NCBI GenBank assembly: GCA_964491125.1
Contig: CAZBFJ010000002.1
Coordinates: forward strand, 1 to 62,029
Reading direction: 5' to 3'
DNA length: 62,029 nucleotides
DNA from: an uncultured Myxococcales bacterium
Lineage (GTDB): Bacteria; Myxococcota_A; Polyangia; Fen-1088
The notes under the pieces are model-generated. The model was not told the origin of the DNA. It ran no database searches and saw nothing but the letters and a program-made list of their open reading frames with translations. A program made the position numbers and the translations under genes. Shown in pieces: positions 19,711 through 34,521 of this stretch (positions are counted from its first letter, which is position 1; each line of letters opens with the position of its first letter).

Positions 19711-21784
19711 ATGCCCCTGGCCAAGCCGCTTCCGACCGCCCAGCTCGTTCGCGCCGGCTGGACGAAGGGCGATCCTCCCGAGGCCTGCGCGGAGCGCGAG
19801 TGGCTGGTCACCAACGGTCTCGGCGGCTACGCCTCCGGCACGATCGCCGGCGTGGCGACCCGTCGCCACCACGCCTTGCTGGTCGCCGCCCTGCCAAACC
19901 CGTGGGGGCGCACCGTGGTGTTCGACCACCTGTCGGAAACCGTGCGCCTGTCCGACGGCAAGGAGCTCGCGCTTCCGGCCGACCCGTGCGAGGGCGTGTC
20001 TTCGGACGCGGCCCACGCGCTCGATCGCTTCTACCTCGAGGCCGGATTGCCCGTGTGGCTCTATCGCGCGGGTGACTTGCTCGTCGAGAAGCGCGTCGTG
20101 CTCGCCTATCGGCAGAACACGGTCTTTCTCCGCTACCGGGTGTTGGCCGTCGCGGGAACCGATCCGGAGGGACTGATCTTGACCCTGCGGCCGGCCATGT
20201 GTTTTCGCCGGCACGACGCTCCCCTGTCGCCCTCTCTCGACACGTACACCCTCTCGCTCACGGGCGATCGCTTCGAGGTGTCCACGCCCGCGGCGCTCCC
20301 GTCGCTGAAGATGCGCGTCGAGGGCGACGCTCCCACCTTTCGCGCCTTTCCCGCCTGCCAAGACACCGTCGACTACCGCTGGGAGGCGGCACGCGGCTAC
20401 GAGGCGCGAGGCGCGTGGTGGAGCCCGGGCTACTTCGAGGTTCGCCTGACCTCCGAAACCCCGGCTTTCCTCGTCGCCTCGAGTGAGACCTGGGAGATCA
20501 TGAACGGCGTCCCGCCCGCCCGTGCCTGGGACTACGAGGCGCAGCGCCGCGCGCGTCTCCTGCATGCCGTCCCGGCGGCCGCGGGCGATCCCGTGGTGGC
20601 CGAGCTCGCCCTCGCCGCCGACGCGTTCGTCATCGTGCCCGCCGGTCGCGTCGAGGACGCGGCCCGCGCTCGGGCGCGCGGTCTCGATCTGCGCTCGGTG
20701 ATTGCCGGCTATCACTGGTTCACCGACTGGGGGCGCGACACCATGATCAGCCTCGAAGGGCTGACCCTGGTACCTGGCCGTTTTCCGGCGGCGCGCTTCG
20801 TGCTACACACCTTCGCTCACTACGTGCGGCAGGGCCTGGTGCCGAACCTCTTCCCGGAGGGGGCGCGGGAAGGGCGCTACAACACGGCCGACGCCAGCTT
20901 GTGGTTCTTCCACGCGGTCGACCGGTACCTGGCTTACACCGACGATCGCGAAACCCTGCGCTTGCTGCTGCCCACGCTCGAGGCCATCGCGCGGGCGCAT
21001 GTCGATGGCACCGCCTTCGGCATCCACGTCGATCCCACGGATGGCCTCCTGTCACAGGGCCAGGACGGCTACGCCCTCACCTGGATGGACGCCCTCTGCG
21101 ACGGCTGGGTGGTGACGCCCCGACGGGGCAAGGCGGTCGAGATCAACGCCCTTTGGTTCAATGCCTTGACCTTGCTCGCCGACTGGGTGGGGACCGAGCG
21201 CGACGGGGACGCGTCCTGGTACCGCGAGCTGGCCGGGCGGGCACGCGCATCGTTCAACCGGTCGTTCTGGGACGCGGAGCGTGGCTACCTCGTCGACGTG
21301 ATCGGGCTCGACGGCGCGGCGGATCCCGCCCTGCGACCGAACCAGCTCTTCGCCATCTCGCTGGCGAACCCAATCTTGGATTCGTCGCGCTGGCAGGCGG
21401 TGGTCGACAAGGTGGGCGCGGAGCTCCTTACGCCCTTCGGGCTCCGCAGCCTTGCCGCCGACCATCCCGACTTCAAGCCCACCTACCATGGCGACCTGCG
21501 CACGCGGGACGCCGCCTACCATCAAGGCACGGTGTGGAGTTGGCTCCTCGGCCCTTACATCGACGCCTTCCTCAAGGTTTATCCCGGCGAGCGACGACGA
21601 GCCCGCTCGTTCCTCGCGGGTCTGCGCGAGCACCTCGGGCAGGCGTGCATCGGCCAGGTTTCCGAGATCTTCGATGCCACTCCTCCGTTCCTGCCGCGCG
21701 GCTGCGTCGCGCAGGCCTGGGGCGTGGCGGAGCTCCTGCGCGCTTGGCGCATCACCTCCGAGCCACCCGAGAAAGACGAACACC

Positions 21785-21798
<14 letters not shown>
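19711..21798 (+). CDS. Amylo-alpha-1,6-glucosidase / archaeal-type glycogen debranching enzyme
   Basis: The N-terminal EWLVTNGLGGYASGTIAGVATRRHHALLV (GDE_N) pattern and a C-terminal (alpha/alpha)6 GDE_C region (GYHWFTDWGRDTMISL). Confidence 0.85.
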
Positions 21799-23991
<2,193 letters not shown>

Positions 23992-23995
<4 letters not shown>

Positions 23996-26862
23996 CCCCG
24001 GCGCGGCGGGTGCCGGTTGCCACCTACCGCCTGCAGCTCCGACGCGAGCTCGGGCTGGCGGCGGCGCGCGCCCTGCTGCCGTATCTGCATCGTCTCGGGA
24101 TCTCCGATCTCTACCTTTCGCCGGTGTCGCTGGCCCGGCCCGGGAGCGTGCACGGCTACGACGTCGTCGACCACGAGCAGCTCAACCCGGAGCTCGGCAC
24201 CCCCGACGATCTCCAGGCCCTCCTCGACGACGCGGCCGGGCTCGGGATGGGGGTGATCTTCGACGTGGTCCCGAACCACATGTGCATCGCCGACCCCGCC
24301 AATCGCAAGTGGCGCCAGGTCCTCGAGGATGGCCCCACGGCGGCCGAGGCCACGACCTTCGACATCGACTGGCGTCCCCCCAAGGAGGAGCTGGCTGCCA
24401 AGATCCTGCTGCCGTTTCTGGAAGACCAGTACGGTCGGGTGCTCGAGACGTCACTCGCAGTCGCGTTCGTGGACGGCGAGCTTCTCGTCTCGTGGGGCGG
24501 CGGCACCGTGCCGTTGGCGCCGGAGACCTGGGTGCAGGTCCTCGCCCTCGCTCTCGAGGAGCTGCGCTCCGCGACGACTAGCCCGGAGGAGCCCGCGCTC
24601 CTCGAGCTCGAGAGCATCGTCCGCTCCCTGACCTATACCCTGCCTGCGCTCAGGGCCCCCGAGCTGCGCGCGGCCCGCCGCCACGAGAAGCAGGCCGTCC
24701 GCCGCCGCTTGCTCAGGCTGGCTGGCGCCCATCCCGCGGCTCGTCAGGCCATCGCCCGGGCCGTCGAGCGGATCAACGGCGTCCGGGGTGAACCCGAGAG
24801 CTTCGATGGCCTCGAGCGCCTCATGAACGCCCAGGTGTACCGCCTGACCCACTGGCGGGTGGCCGCGCACGAGGTCAACTACCGGCGCTTCTTCGACGTC
24901 AACGAGCTGGCCGCGGTGCGGGTCGAGGACCCCGCGGTGTTTGCCTGGGTCCACGCTCTACCCATGTCCTTCGCCGCTCACCCGGCCTGCACCGGCTTTC
25001 GCATCGACCACCTCGACGGGCTGGCCGACCCACGCCAGTACCTCGACGACGTGGTGACCATGTGGCGCGAGCGCGTCGGCCAACCGGGGAACGGGTCGAG
25101 GCCCTACCTCATCGCCGAGAAGATCCTGACGACGGGCGAGACCCTGCCGCCCGACCTCGTGGCGGACGGGACCACCGGGTACGACTTCATTCCGCTCGCG
25201 GCGGGCCTGTTGCTCCGCGGGGACGGTGCGGCTCCGTTGCGCGCGGCCGCCGCGGAGGTCGGCGGATCCGCCCCGTCCTTCTCGGAGACGGCCACGGCGT
25301 GCAAGCTTCTCGTCCTCGAAACGACCCTGGCCGCGGAGCTGACCGTGCTGGCGCGGCGGCTCGACCGGGTCTCCGAGCAGCACCGCTACTCGCGCGACTT
25401 CACCCTGAGTCAGCTCCACGCCACCCTGTCGCAGGTGGTGGCGAGCTTCTCCGTGTACCGGACCTACATCCGCGAGCACGAGGATCCGGTGTCGCCCGCC
25501 GACACCTCGGCCATCAAGAATGCCGTGGCCCGCGCCCGCCGGGGCAGCCCGCTGCTCAACCGCTCGCTCTTCGACTTTCTCGAGGGTGTCCTCCTACATC
25601 AGGATCCGCCAGGGTTGGCGCCGGCCGCGCGCCCGTCTCGCCGCGCGCTCGTCACCCGCTTTCAGCAGCTCACCTCGGCGGTGTTCGCCAAGGGCGTCGA
25701 GGACACCGCATTCTATCGTCACCTGCCGCTCGTGGCGCTCAACGAGGTGGGTGGCGCTCCGACGCGCTGGCAGATCCCCGACGAGGAGCTGCACGCCGCT
25801 CTGGCGGCCCGGCAGGCAGGCACTCCCCACACCTTGTCGGCGACAGCGACCCACGACACCAAGCGGGGCGAGGACGCCCGCGCGCGGCTGTACGTGCTCT
25901 CCGAGATCCCGGACGCCTGGCTCGCGGCGTGCAAGCACTGGGCGGCGATGAACCAGCGCTGGAAGACCACGGTCGACGGGGCGCCCGCGCCGGACGCGAG
26001 CGAGGAGTACCTGCTCTACCAGGCCATGGTCGGGGCTTGGCCGCTCGCGGGTTGGGCGAGCGAGCCCGGGCTCGGCGAGCGGCTGGTGGCCTACATGAGC
26101 AAGGCTCGCCACGAGGCCAAGCGCTTCACGAGCTACATCAACCCCCATCCTCCCTACGAGCGAGCCGCCGACGACTTCGTGGCGGCCGTCCTCGATCCCG
26201 AGCGCAGCCGGCCCCTGCTCGACGACGTCGACCGATTCGTGGCCGAGCTGTCCCAGGCCGGCGTGTGCAACAGCCTGGCGCAGCTCGTGCTGAAGCTGGC
26301 CGCGCCCGGCGTGCCCGACTTCTTCCAAGGCCGCGAGCGCTGGGACTTCTCGCTCGTGGATCCCGACAACCGGCGCCTCGTCGACTTCGCCGCGTGCGCG
26401 GCGACGCTGCGGGAAGCGTCGGACGAGATCGAGCGGCGGGGCGCGGTCGCCGTCGAGGATTGGCTGCGAGCGCCCGGGGACGGGCGCCTCAAGCTCTGGG
26501 TCACCGCCGCGGGGTTGCGCCTGCGCCGCGCGCGGGCCGCGCTCTTCGCGAAGGGAGCCTACCGGCCGCTCGAGGTCCAAGGGCCCGCGGCCGCCTCGGT
26601 GTTCGCCTTTGGCCGCGAAGCCGACGGTGACGCCGTCATCGCGGTCCTCGGCAGGCAGCTCACCCGGCTGGGACCGGTGCCGCCCCGGCCAGAGGCCTGG
26701 CGGGGGACGTCGGTGCCGTTGCCCGCCGAGCTCCGCGGCCGGAGCCTGGTCGATGTCCTGACCGGTCGCGCGCTCGGCGATACGGACACTCGGCTCGACC
26801 TCGAAGACGTCTTCCACAGCCTGCCCGTCGCGCTCTTGGAGACCCCTCATGAAGCCCAATGA
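23992..26862 (+). CDS. treY: Malto-oligosyltrehalose synthase
   Basis: The N-terminal ATYRLQL...LGISDLYLSPV pattern and DVVPNHM. The ATGA overlap with the glgX stop indicates coupling. Confidence 0.92.
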
Positions 26863-28753
26863 ACATCGCAAGTACTCGCAAGGTGTCGAGCTCGTGGCCG
26901 GAGGTGCCAGTTTCCGCGTTTGGGCCCCGGAGCACCATCGCGTCGAGGTGGTGCTCGACGGAGGGCAGACGCCCGTACCCTTGCACGAGGAAGAGGGCGG
27001 TTACTTCGCCGGCCTGGTCGACGGCGTTCGCGCCGGGGCTCGCTACCGCTACCGCATCGATGGCCAGGCCCCCGACTACCCCGATCCGGTCGCGCGCTTC
27101 CTGCCCGAGGGCCCGCACGGCCCGGCCGAGATCGTCGACCCGAAAACCTTCGCGTGGTCCGACGAGGGATGGGCGGGCGTTCCCCTCGAACGCGCCGTGG
27201 TCTACGAGCTGCACATCGGAACGTTCTCGCCACGCGGAGACTTCGCGGGGGTGGTCGAGCGGCTGCCCTGGCTGCGCGAGCTTGGGGTCAACGTCCTCGA
27301 GCTGATGCCGGTCGCCGAATTCGACGGGGCCTTTGGCTGGGGGTACGACGGCGTGGCCTGGTACGCCCCGAGCCGCCTCTACGGGACGCCAGACGGCTTG
27401 CGCGCGCTCGTCGACGAAGCGCACCGTCTCGGGCTCGCGGTGATCCTCGACGTGGTCTACAACCACTGGGGCGGCTCCGGCGACTATTCGGGCAAGTTCT
27501 CCCGCCACTACCAGAACGACGCCAAGACCGAGTGGGGCTCGGCCTTCAACTTCGACGGCCCGCACGCCCACGGGCTGCGCTCGCTGCTCGTCGACAACGC
27601 CGCCTACTGGATCGACGAGTTCCACTTCGACGGGCTCCGCCTCGACGCCATCCAGGCCATCGAGGACAGCTCGCGCGAGCACGTCGTCACCGCGCTCGCG
27701 CGGCGGGCGCGCGCGGCGGCGCCGGGCCGGCGGCTCCTGCTCGTCGGAGAGAACGAGCCGGAGGACGCGCGGCTGCTGCGCGAGCACGACGAGCCCGCGG
27801 TGGGGAGCGGCCTCGATGCCTTGTGGAACGACGACTTCCATCACAGCGCGGTGGTGGCCCTCACGGGGCGCCGCCAGGCGTACTACAGCGACTTCGGCGG
27901 GCGCGCGTCCGAATGGAGCATCCCGACGACCCGAGGCTTCTTCTTCCAGGGACAGCACTCGGCCTGGCAGCGCAAACCGCGCGGGCGGCCCACGGAGGGC
28001 CTGCCCATGCGCGCCTTCATCACCTTCCTCGAGAACCATGACCAGGTGGCGAACTCCCTCTGGGGGTCCCGCCTCTGGCAGGAGTCGAGCCCGGCGCAGT
28101 ACCGAGCCATGACCGCGCTCCTCTTGCTCGGCCCGTGGACGCCGATGCTGTTTCAGGGGCAGGAGTGGGGCTCGTCGGCGCCCTTTCAATACTTCGCCGG
28201 TCATGCACCCGAGCTCGCTCGCCTGGTCAAGGAGGGCCGCGCCGGTTTCATGTCGCAGTTCCCGGGCTGCGCGCGCCATCCCGAGCTCCTTCCCGATCCG
28301 GCGGATCCGGAGACCTTCGCCCGTTGCCAGCTCCGTTGGGACGAGATCGACGCCTTGCCGCACGCACGAGCCCTGCGCCTGCACCGCGACCTTCTGCGCC
28401 TGCGGGCCACCGAGAGAGCACTCGCCGCGGGCGTCCCCGAAAGCGCCGGCTGGCAGACCTCGAACCCAAGCGCGGCCTGTGCCGTGTTCCGCCACGGTGT
28501 GGGCGGCGGTGCGCGCGTGCCTGACCGCGAGCGTCTCTTGCTCGTGAACCTGGGCCCCGACCTCGAGATCCCGCCTCCCACGGAGCCGCTCCTCGCGTCC
28601 TCCTCGATCGAGGCGTTCCCCTTCTGGCGCACGATGTGGGCGAGCGAGGATCCGGCGTACGGGGGCCATGGCGCCAGCGAGCCCATGGGCAAGGACGGAG
28701 CCTGGCGCATTCCCGGCGCCGCGGCCTACCTTCTCGCACCTTCGAAGACCTGA
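26849..28753 (+). CDS. treZ: Malto-oligosyltrehalose trehalohydrolase
   Basis: GH13 motifs DVVYNHWG and GLRLDA, in the context FRVWAP...YELHIGTF. The start overlaps treY by 14 nt. Confidence 0.92.
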   Translation: MKPNEHRKYSQGVELVAGGASFRVWAPEHHRVEVVLDGGQTPVPLHEEEGGYFAGLVDGVRAGARYRYRIDGQAPDYPDPVARFLPEGPHGPAEIVDPKTFAWSDEGWAGVPLERAVVYELHIGTFSPRGDFAGVVERLPWLRELGVNVLELMPVAEFDGAFGWGYDGVAWYAPSRLYGTPDGLRALVDEAHRLGLAVILDVVYNHWGGSGDYSGKFSRHYQNDAKTEWGSAFNFDGPHAHGLRSLLVDNAAYWIDEFHFDGLRLDAIQAIEDSSREHVVTALARRARAAAPGRRLLLVGENEPEDARLLREHDEPAVGSGLDALWNDDFHHSAVVALTGRRQAYYSDFGGRASEWSIPTTRGFFFQGQHSAWQRKPRGRPTEGLPMRAFITFLENHDQVANSLWGSRLWQESSPAQYRAMTALLLLGPWTPMLFQGQEWGSSAPFQYFAGHAPELARLVKEGRAGFMSQFPGCARHPELLPDPADPETFARCQLRWDEIDALPHARALRLHRDLLRLRATERALAAGVPESAGWQTSNPSAACAVFRHGVGGGARVPDRERLLLVNLGPDLEIPPPTEPLLASSSIEAFPFWRTMWASEDPAYGGHGASEPMGKDGAWRIPGAAAYLLAPSKT

Positions 28754-28884
28754 GCCGCGGGCCGGCGGGAGTCGCGGCCACGATCGCCCTCTGAGATCCG
28801 GCGCACACGGGGCGTAGAGCCGGAAGGCTTGCTTTGTGCGTGGCGGGAGGCTCACAATCAGAGAGCACGCCGGTTGAGAACTGC

Positions 28885-30087
28885 ATGAAAGGCTCTCTTG
28901 GACTCTGCCTCCTCGCCATCGGCGCGTTCAGCGGCTGCTCCGTCGATCTGGGCAATCTGCGGGCCTTGGGCGGCGGGGACGCGGGCGCGGCGGACGTTGC
29001 CCGGGACCTCGCATCCGACACCGGCGCCGGCCAGACGGCCGACGGGAACGTGCCCGACGTGTCCCCCGATGTCGGCGCCGTCGCCGAGGCCGGCCGGGAG
29101 GTCGCGCCGGACATCGGCGACGTGGTCGAGCAGCCGGACCTCGCGCAGGCGGATGCTGTCGCCGACGCAGCATCCGATCCCGCGCGCGGCGACGATGCTT
29201 CCACCTCGTCGGATCTCGCCCTGGACGCCCGCCACGTTCCGACGGACGCCCGCGATCTGCCCCCGCTCGGGCCCGACCTCGCCCCCGAGGTCGCTTCCGA
29301 TCTGAAGGCGGAGTCGCCGGATGTCGGCCTCGCGGAGGTCGAGGACGCGGCCACCTTCGATGCCCGCCCCGAGGTTGGCGACGTGGCCGGCGTGGAGGAT
29401 CTCGCGTCCCCCGGCGACACGAGGGAGGTCGGTGGGCGACCGAATGGCGCCTCCTGCAGCGGCCCGGAGGACTGCCAGTCAGGCTACTGCATCGGGCAGC
29501 CGGCTCGCTGCTGCGCCGGGAGCTGCGCGGGTGCCTGCTACCGGACGAACCAATGCTCCTTGAGCGGCGCGTGCGTGCCGGTCGCCGGCGCGATCACGTG
29601 TGGCGAGCAGCACGCGGCTTGCGGACTCGACGTCGACGACTATGCGAACGTCCGCGAGTGGTCCTTGCAGTCGCAGTTGCGGGTTGGGCTCGAGGCGACG
29701 GGGAGCGACCCGCACGTCCTCTCCGGGGTACCCGACGAGCTCGAGGGCTCGCCGTGGATTCGTCCGTCGCGCTATTCGAAGTCCACGATGTCGAATCCGC
29801 TCGTGACCTTCAGCTTGAGCGCCGAGGCCGACGTCTACGTGGGCATCGATACGCGGATCTCCGCGCCGTCGTGGCTGTCGGGTTGGAGCGACTCCGGTCT
29901 CGACCTCTCGTACCTCGTGTACTCTTCGTCCGAACCGAACAGCACGGTGACCCAGCGGCTCTACCAGGCACGCTTCCCCGCCGGCGAGGTGAGCCTCGGT
30001 CCCCTCGGCTGCTACTCGACCTCGAACTGCAGCATGTACCTGACCGTCATCCACTTCGTCGAGCCGCCGGGCGAGGCCTGCCGGTAA
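28885..30087 (+). CDS. Lipoprotein with acidic degenerate repeats, a Cys-rich module and a C-terminal beta-rich domain
   Basis: Lipobox GAFSGC. About 150 aa of D/P/V/A-rich degenerate repeats are followed by the CSGPEDCQSGYCIGQPARCCAGSCAGACY module. Function unknown. Confidence 0.6.
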   Translation: MKGSLGLCLLAIGAFSGCSVDLGNLRALGGGDAGAADVARDLASDTGAGQTADGNVPDVSPDVGAVAEAGREVAPDIGDVVEQPDLAQADAVADAASDPARGDDASTSSDLALDARHVPTDARDLPPLGPDLAPEVASDLKAESPDVGLAEVEDAATFDARPEVGDVAGVEDLASPGDTREVGGRPNGASCSGPEDCQSGYCIGQPARCCAGSCAGACYRTNQCSLSGACVPVAGAITCGEQHAACGLDVDDYANVREWSLQSQLRVGLEATGSDPHVLSGVPDELEGSPWIRPSRYSKSTMSNPLVTFSLSAEADVYVGIDTRISAPSWLSGWSDSGLDLSYLVYSSSEPNSTVTQRLYQARFPAGEVSLGPLGCYSTSNCSMYLTVIHFVEPPGEACR

Positions 30088-30185
30088 GAGACCCGGCCTC
30101 CCCGCTTCTTCGCATCCGAGGGTTGACGCGGGCATTCCCGTCGGACAGGCTGAAGCCAGCCATCACTCCTGGGGGAGAGAACGCC

Positions 30186-30683
30186 ATGATCGCAAAGAAA
30201 ATCACGGACGCGCTCAACGCGCAGATCAACGTGGAACAGTACTCCGCTCAGCTCTACCTGGCGATGAGCGCGCACTGCGAGGCCAGGAGCTTGCGGGGTT
30301 TCGCGCATTGGCTGCGCGTGCAGGCGGCGGAGGAGAACAAGCATGCCATGAAGCTGGTCGAGTTCGTGCTCGACCGCGGCGGCAAGCTCGAGCTCGGCGC
30401 CATCGCCGCTCCGCCCCCCGATTTCGGGACGGTCACGCAGATCTTCGAGCAGGTCCTCGCGCACGAGCAGGGCAACACCGCCAAGATCAACGCGCTCTTC
30501 GTGCTGTCGCGGGCCGAGAAAGACTACGCGACCGAGATCGCCCTCCAGTGGTACGTCACCGAGCAGGTCGAGGAGGAAGCGAACGTTGGCCGGATCCTCG
30601 ACCAGCTCAAGGCCGTCGGCGAGGACGGCGACGGGATCTGGTTCCTCGACTCGAAGATGGGCGAGCGCAAGGCCGAGCCCTAG
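30186..30683 (+). CDS. ftn: Non-haem ferritin
   Basis: The ferritin ferroxidase-site pattern is present: NAQINVEQYSAQLYLAMS, AEENKHAMKLVEF and HEQ..T. Confidence 0.9.
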   Translation: MIAKKITDALNAQINVEQYSAQLYLAMSAHCEARSLRGFAHWLRVQAAEENKHAMKLVEFVLDRGGKLELGAIAAPPPDFGTVTQIFEQVLAHEQGNTAKINALFVLSRAEKDYATEIALQWYVTEQVEEEANVGRILDQLKAVGEDGDGIWFLDSKMGERKAEP

Positions 30684-30925
30684 CCCGCCCCGTGCGCCCG
30701 CCGCGCTTCCCAGGCCCCCGTGCGCGGGAGCCCGCGGCCCCTTGGCACGGCGGGTCCAGCTCGCCGGGGTCGCGAGTTGCAGAGGTAAGTGCCCGATAAA
30801 ATTGGCGTTTGACCGGGTTGACTGGCACTCTCGGCCCTCGCTTGACAGAAGCCGGCCCGTGCATAACCTTGCGCCTGTTCGAATTCCAGGCTGGAAACCC
30901 GCAAACCTCAGACGTCGAGCGACAG

Positions 30926-31255
30926 ATGCCCATCTACGAATACGAATGCCAGGCGTGCGCACACCGCTTCGAAGAATGGCAGAAGATGTCCGACAAGCCG
31001 ATCAAGACCTGCCCGAAGTGCAAGGCGCGCAAGGTGGAGAAGCTCATCAGCCACACCTCGTTCCAGCTCAAGGGCGGGGGCTGGTACAGCGACCTGTACG
31101 CCAGCGCCAAGCCCGGGGCGGCTTCGTCCGCCGAGGGCGCGGGCTCCGGTTCGGAGAAGGCTGCGCCCGCCGCGAGCGGTGACGCCGCGAGCGCAAAGCC
31201 AAAGGACGAAACCAAGACCAAGGCCAAGGGCGGGGCGAAGGCAGCCGCGGCATAA
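30926..31255 (+). CDS. FmdB-family zinc-ribbon protein
   Basis: MPIYEYECQACAHRFE....CPKCK is the canonical CxxC..CxxC FmdB N-terminus. The tail is low-complexity. Confidence 0.8.
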   Translation: MPIYEYECQACAHRFEEWQKMSDKPIKTCPKCKARKVEKLISHTSFQLKGGGWYSDLYASAKPGAASSAEGAGSGSEKAAPAASGDAASAKPKDETKTKAKGGAKAAAA

Positions 31256-31333
31256 GAGGTGCGGCCGTCGCCTGCGCGCCCGGCGGACCTCCGGGTGCGA
31301 GCGGAGGCACTTTTCGACAAAGGAGAAAGAACG

Positions 31334-31621
31334 ATGAAAGTCAGACCCCTGTACGATCGCATCCTCGTCAAGCGCGTCGAGGAGGAAACCAAGACCGCCG
31401 GTGGCCTCTACATTCCGGACACCGCCAAGGAGAAGCCGCAGAAGGGACTCGTGGTCGCCGTGGGTAACGGCAAGATCCAGGAGGACGGTTCCGTGCGCAA
31501 GCTCGACGTCAAGGAAGGCGACAAGGTCCTCTTCGCGAAGTACTCCGGCAACGACATCAAGATCGACGGTGTCGAGCACCTGATTCTGCGTGAGGACGAT
31601 GTCCTCGCGATCCTCGATTAG
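31334..31621 (+). CDS. groES: Co-chaperonin GroES
   Basis: [45 protein letters not shown] present. Confidence 0.97.
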   Translation: MKVRPLYDRILVKRVEEETKTAGGLYIPDTAKEKPQKGLVVAVGNGKIQEDGSVRKLDVKEGDKVLFAKYSGNDIKIDGVEHLILREDDVLAILD

Positions 31622-31634
31622 AAAGGACCGCACC

Positions 31635-33293
<1,659 letters not shown>

Positions 33294-33334
33294 ACCGCCT
33301 CGTGACGGGGCCGAGGACGCTCCGTGACTTGCGA

Positions 33335-33366
33335 CGCCCGGTGAGGCCTCCTCACCGGGCGTTTTT
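33335..33366 (+). terminator. Rho-independent terminator after groEL
   Basis: A perfect 12-bp stem (CGCCCGGTGAGG / CCTCACCGGGCG) with a 3-nt loop is followed by TTTTT. Confidence 0.8.
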
Positions 33367-33405
33367 GTTGGTCGGGGCCGCGGGGCCTGTGCCTACAATG
33401 GAACC

Positions 33406-33798
33406 GTGCCGCAGGAAACCACCAACCGCCGTCGCAGCCCCCGCATCGAGGTCTTCGCCCAGGCCGAGGTCAAGGGCCAGGAGGTGCGCATCATGGAGGT
33501 GCGCAACGTGTCCTCGGGCGGCATCTACCTCGTGGGAACGCCCGAGGAGTACCCCGATCTGGCGCCCGGCGTCGACCTCGACCTCGTCATCTTCGGCAGC
33601 GAGGAGGGGCTCGGGGACGACCCCGACTTCAACATCTCCTGCCAGGCCCGCATCATCCGGATCGACGCCGGCAATCCCGGTAAGCGCCCACCCGGCTTTG
33701 GCGCGACCATCGATCCCGCGGACGAGGACCACCGCGAGCGGTTGACCAGACTCCTGCTGCGTGCCGACCACTACCGGGTTGGCGACCCGCGACGCTGA
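33406..33798 (+). CDS. PilZ domain protein (c-di-GMP receptor type)
   Basis: RRRSPRI (RxxxR) and NVSSGG (D/NxSxxG) motifs. GTG start. Confidence 0.8.
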   Translation: MPQETTNRRRSPRIEVFAQAEVKGQEVRIMEVRNVSSGGIYLVGTPEEYPDLAPGVDLDLVIFGSEEGLGDDPDFNISCQARIIRIDAGNPGKRPPGFGATIDPADEDHRERLTRLLLRADHYRVGDPRR

Positions 33799-33850
33799 CT
33801 CCCTCCGGAGGGAAAGTTGGCGACTTTCCCCGGCGGTGCTAACTAGAGGC

Positions 33851-34201
33851 ATGTTTCGGCTCTTGCGGCTGCTCATCTACCTCGGGGTGATGGTCGGGGT
33901 CTTCTGGTTCGGGTCGACGGTGAAGCTCGGCAAGTACACGCTCGTCGAGCACGTCCAGAACATCTGGAGGACGAACGAATCCCGTGAGCTGGTGGACGGC
34001 ACGAAGGGCAAGGTGGGCGACCTCGTCAACCGCGCCAGCGACAAGGTCGTCAATCGCATGGGCAAGAGCGTCACCGCCCCGGCGACCTCGCGAGGAGAAT
34101 CGGCGGACCCGCCCGGCGCGGCGCCGCTGGAAGACGTCCAGAACGAAGACCGGAAGGCGCTGCGCGACCTGATCGGCAAGAAGACCAAGCTGGAGCCATG
34201 A
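33851..34201 (+). CDS. Hypothetical N-terminally anchored membrane protein
   Basis: TM at the N-terminus (LLRLLIYLGVMVGVFWF). The stop overlaps the cyaY start (ATGA). Confidence 0.5.
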   Translation: MFRLLRLLIYLGVMVGVFWFGSTVKLGKYTLVEHVQNIWRTNESRELVDGTKGKVGDLVNRASDKVVNRMGKSVTAPATSRGESADPPGAAPLEDVQNEDRKALRDLIGKKTKLEP

Positions 34202-34521
34202 CCGAGGCCGCTTTTCGCCAGAGCGTGGATGAGCTGCTCGCGCGCCTCGATGCCGCCTTCGCCGACGCCGACCCCGATCTCGCGGAGTCCGACTACGCGC
34301 AAGGCACGCTGGTCGTCACCTTCCGGCAAGCACAGAAGCTCGTCATCTCACCTCAGGCGCCGCTGCGGCAGGTTTGGGCCGCCTTTCGCGACCGCGCCTG
34401 GCACTTTCGCCGGGACGAGCCGAGCGGACGGTGGCTCGACGACAAGGGGCAGGGGCAGGAGCTCATCGCCCTGGTCGTATCCCTCGCGCGCGAGCACGCC
34501 GGCGTCGCGCTCACGCCGTGA
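34198..34521 (+). CDS. cyaY: Frataxin-like iron donor protein CyaY
   Basis: 107 aa showing the CyaY pattern: acidic N-terminal helix, then ...GTLVVTF....[15 protein letters not shown].....HF. Confidence 0.8.
   Translation: MTEAAFRQSVDELLARLDAAFADADPDLAESDYAQGTLVVTFRQAQKLVISPQAPLRQVWAAFRDRAWHFRRDEPSGRWLDDKGQGQELIALVVSLAREHAGVALTP

Noticed and set aside
30781-31333. Search for a CIRCE (TTAGCACTC-N9-GAGTGCTAA) operator or a sigma32-type heat-shock promoter upstream of fmdB-groES-groEL.
   Set aside because: Only a half-match (GGCACTC) without the inverted partner was found. A TTGACA-N16-TAACCT arrangement at 30842-30869 is possible but too weak to call.
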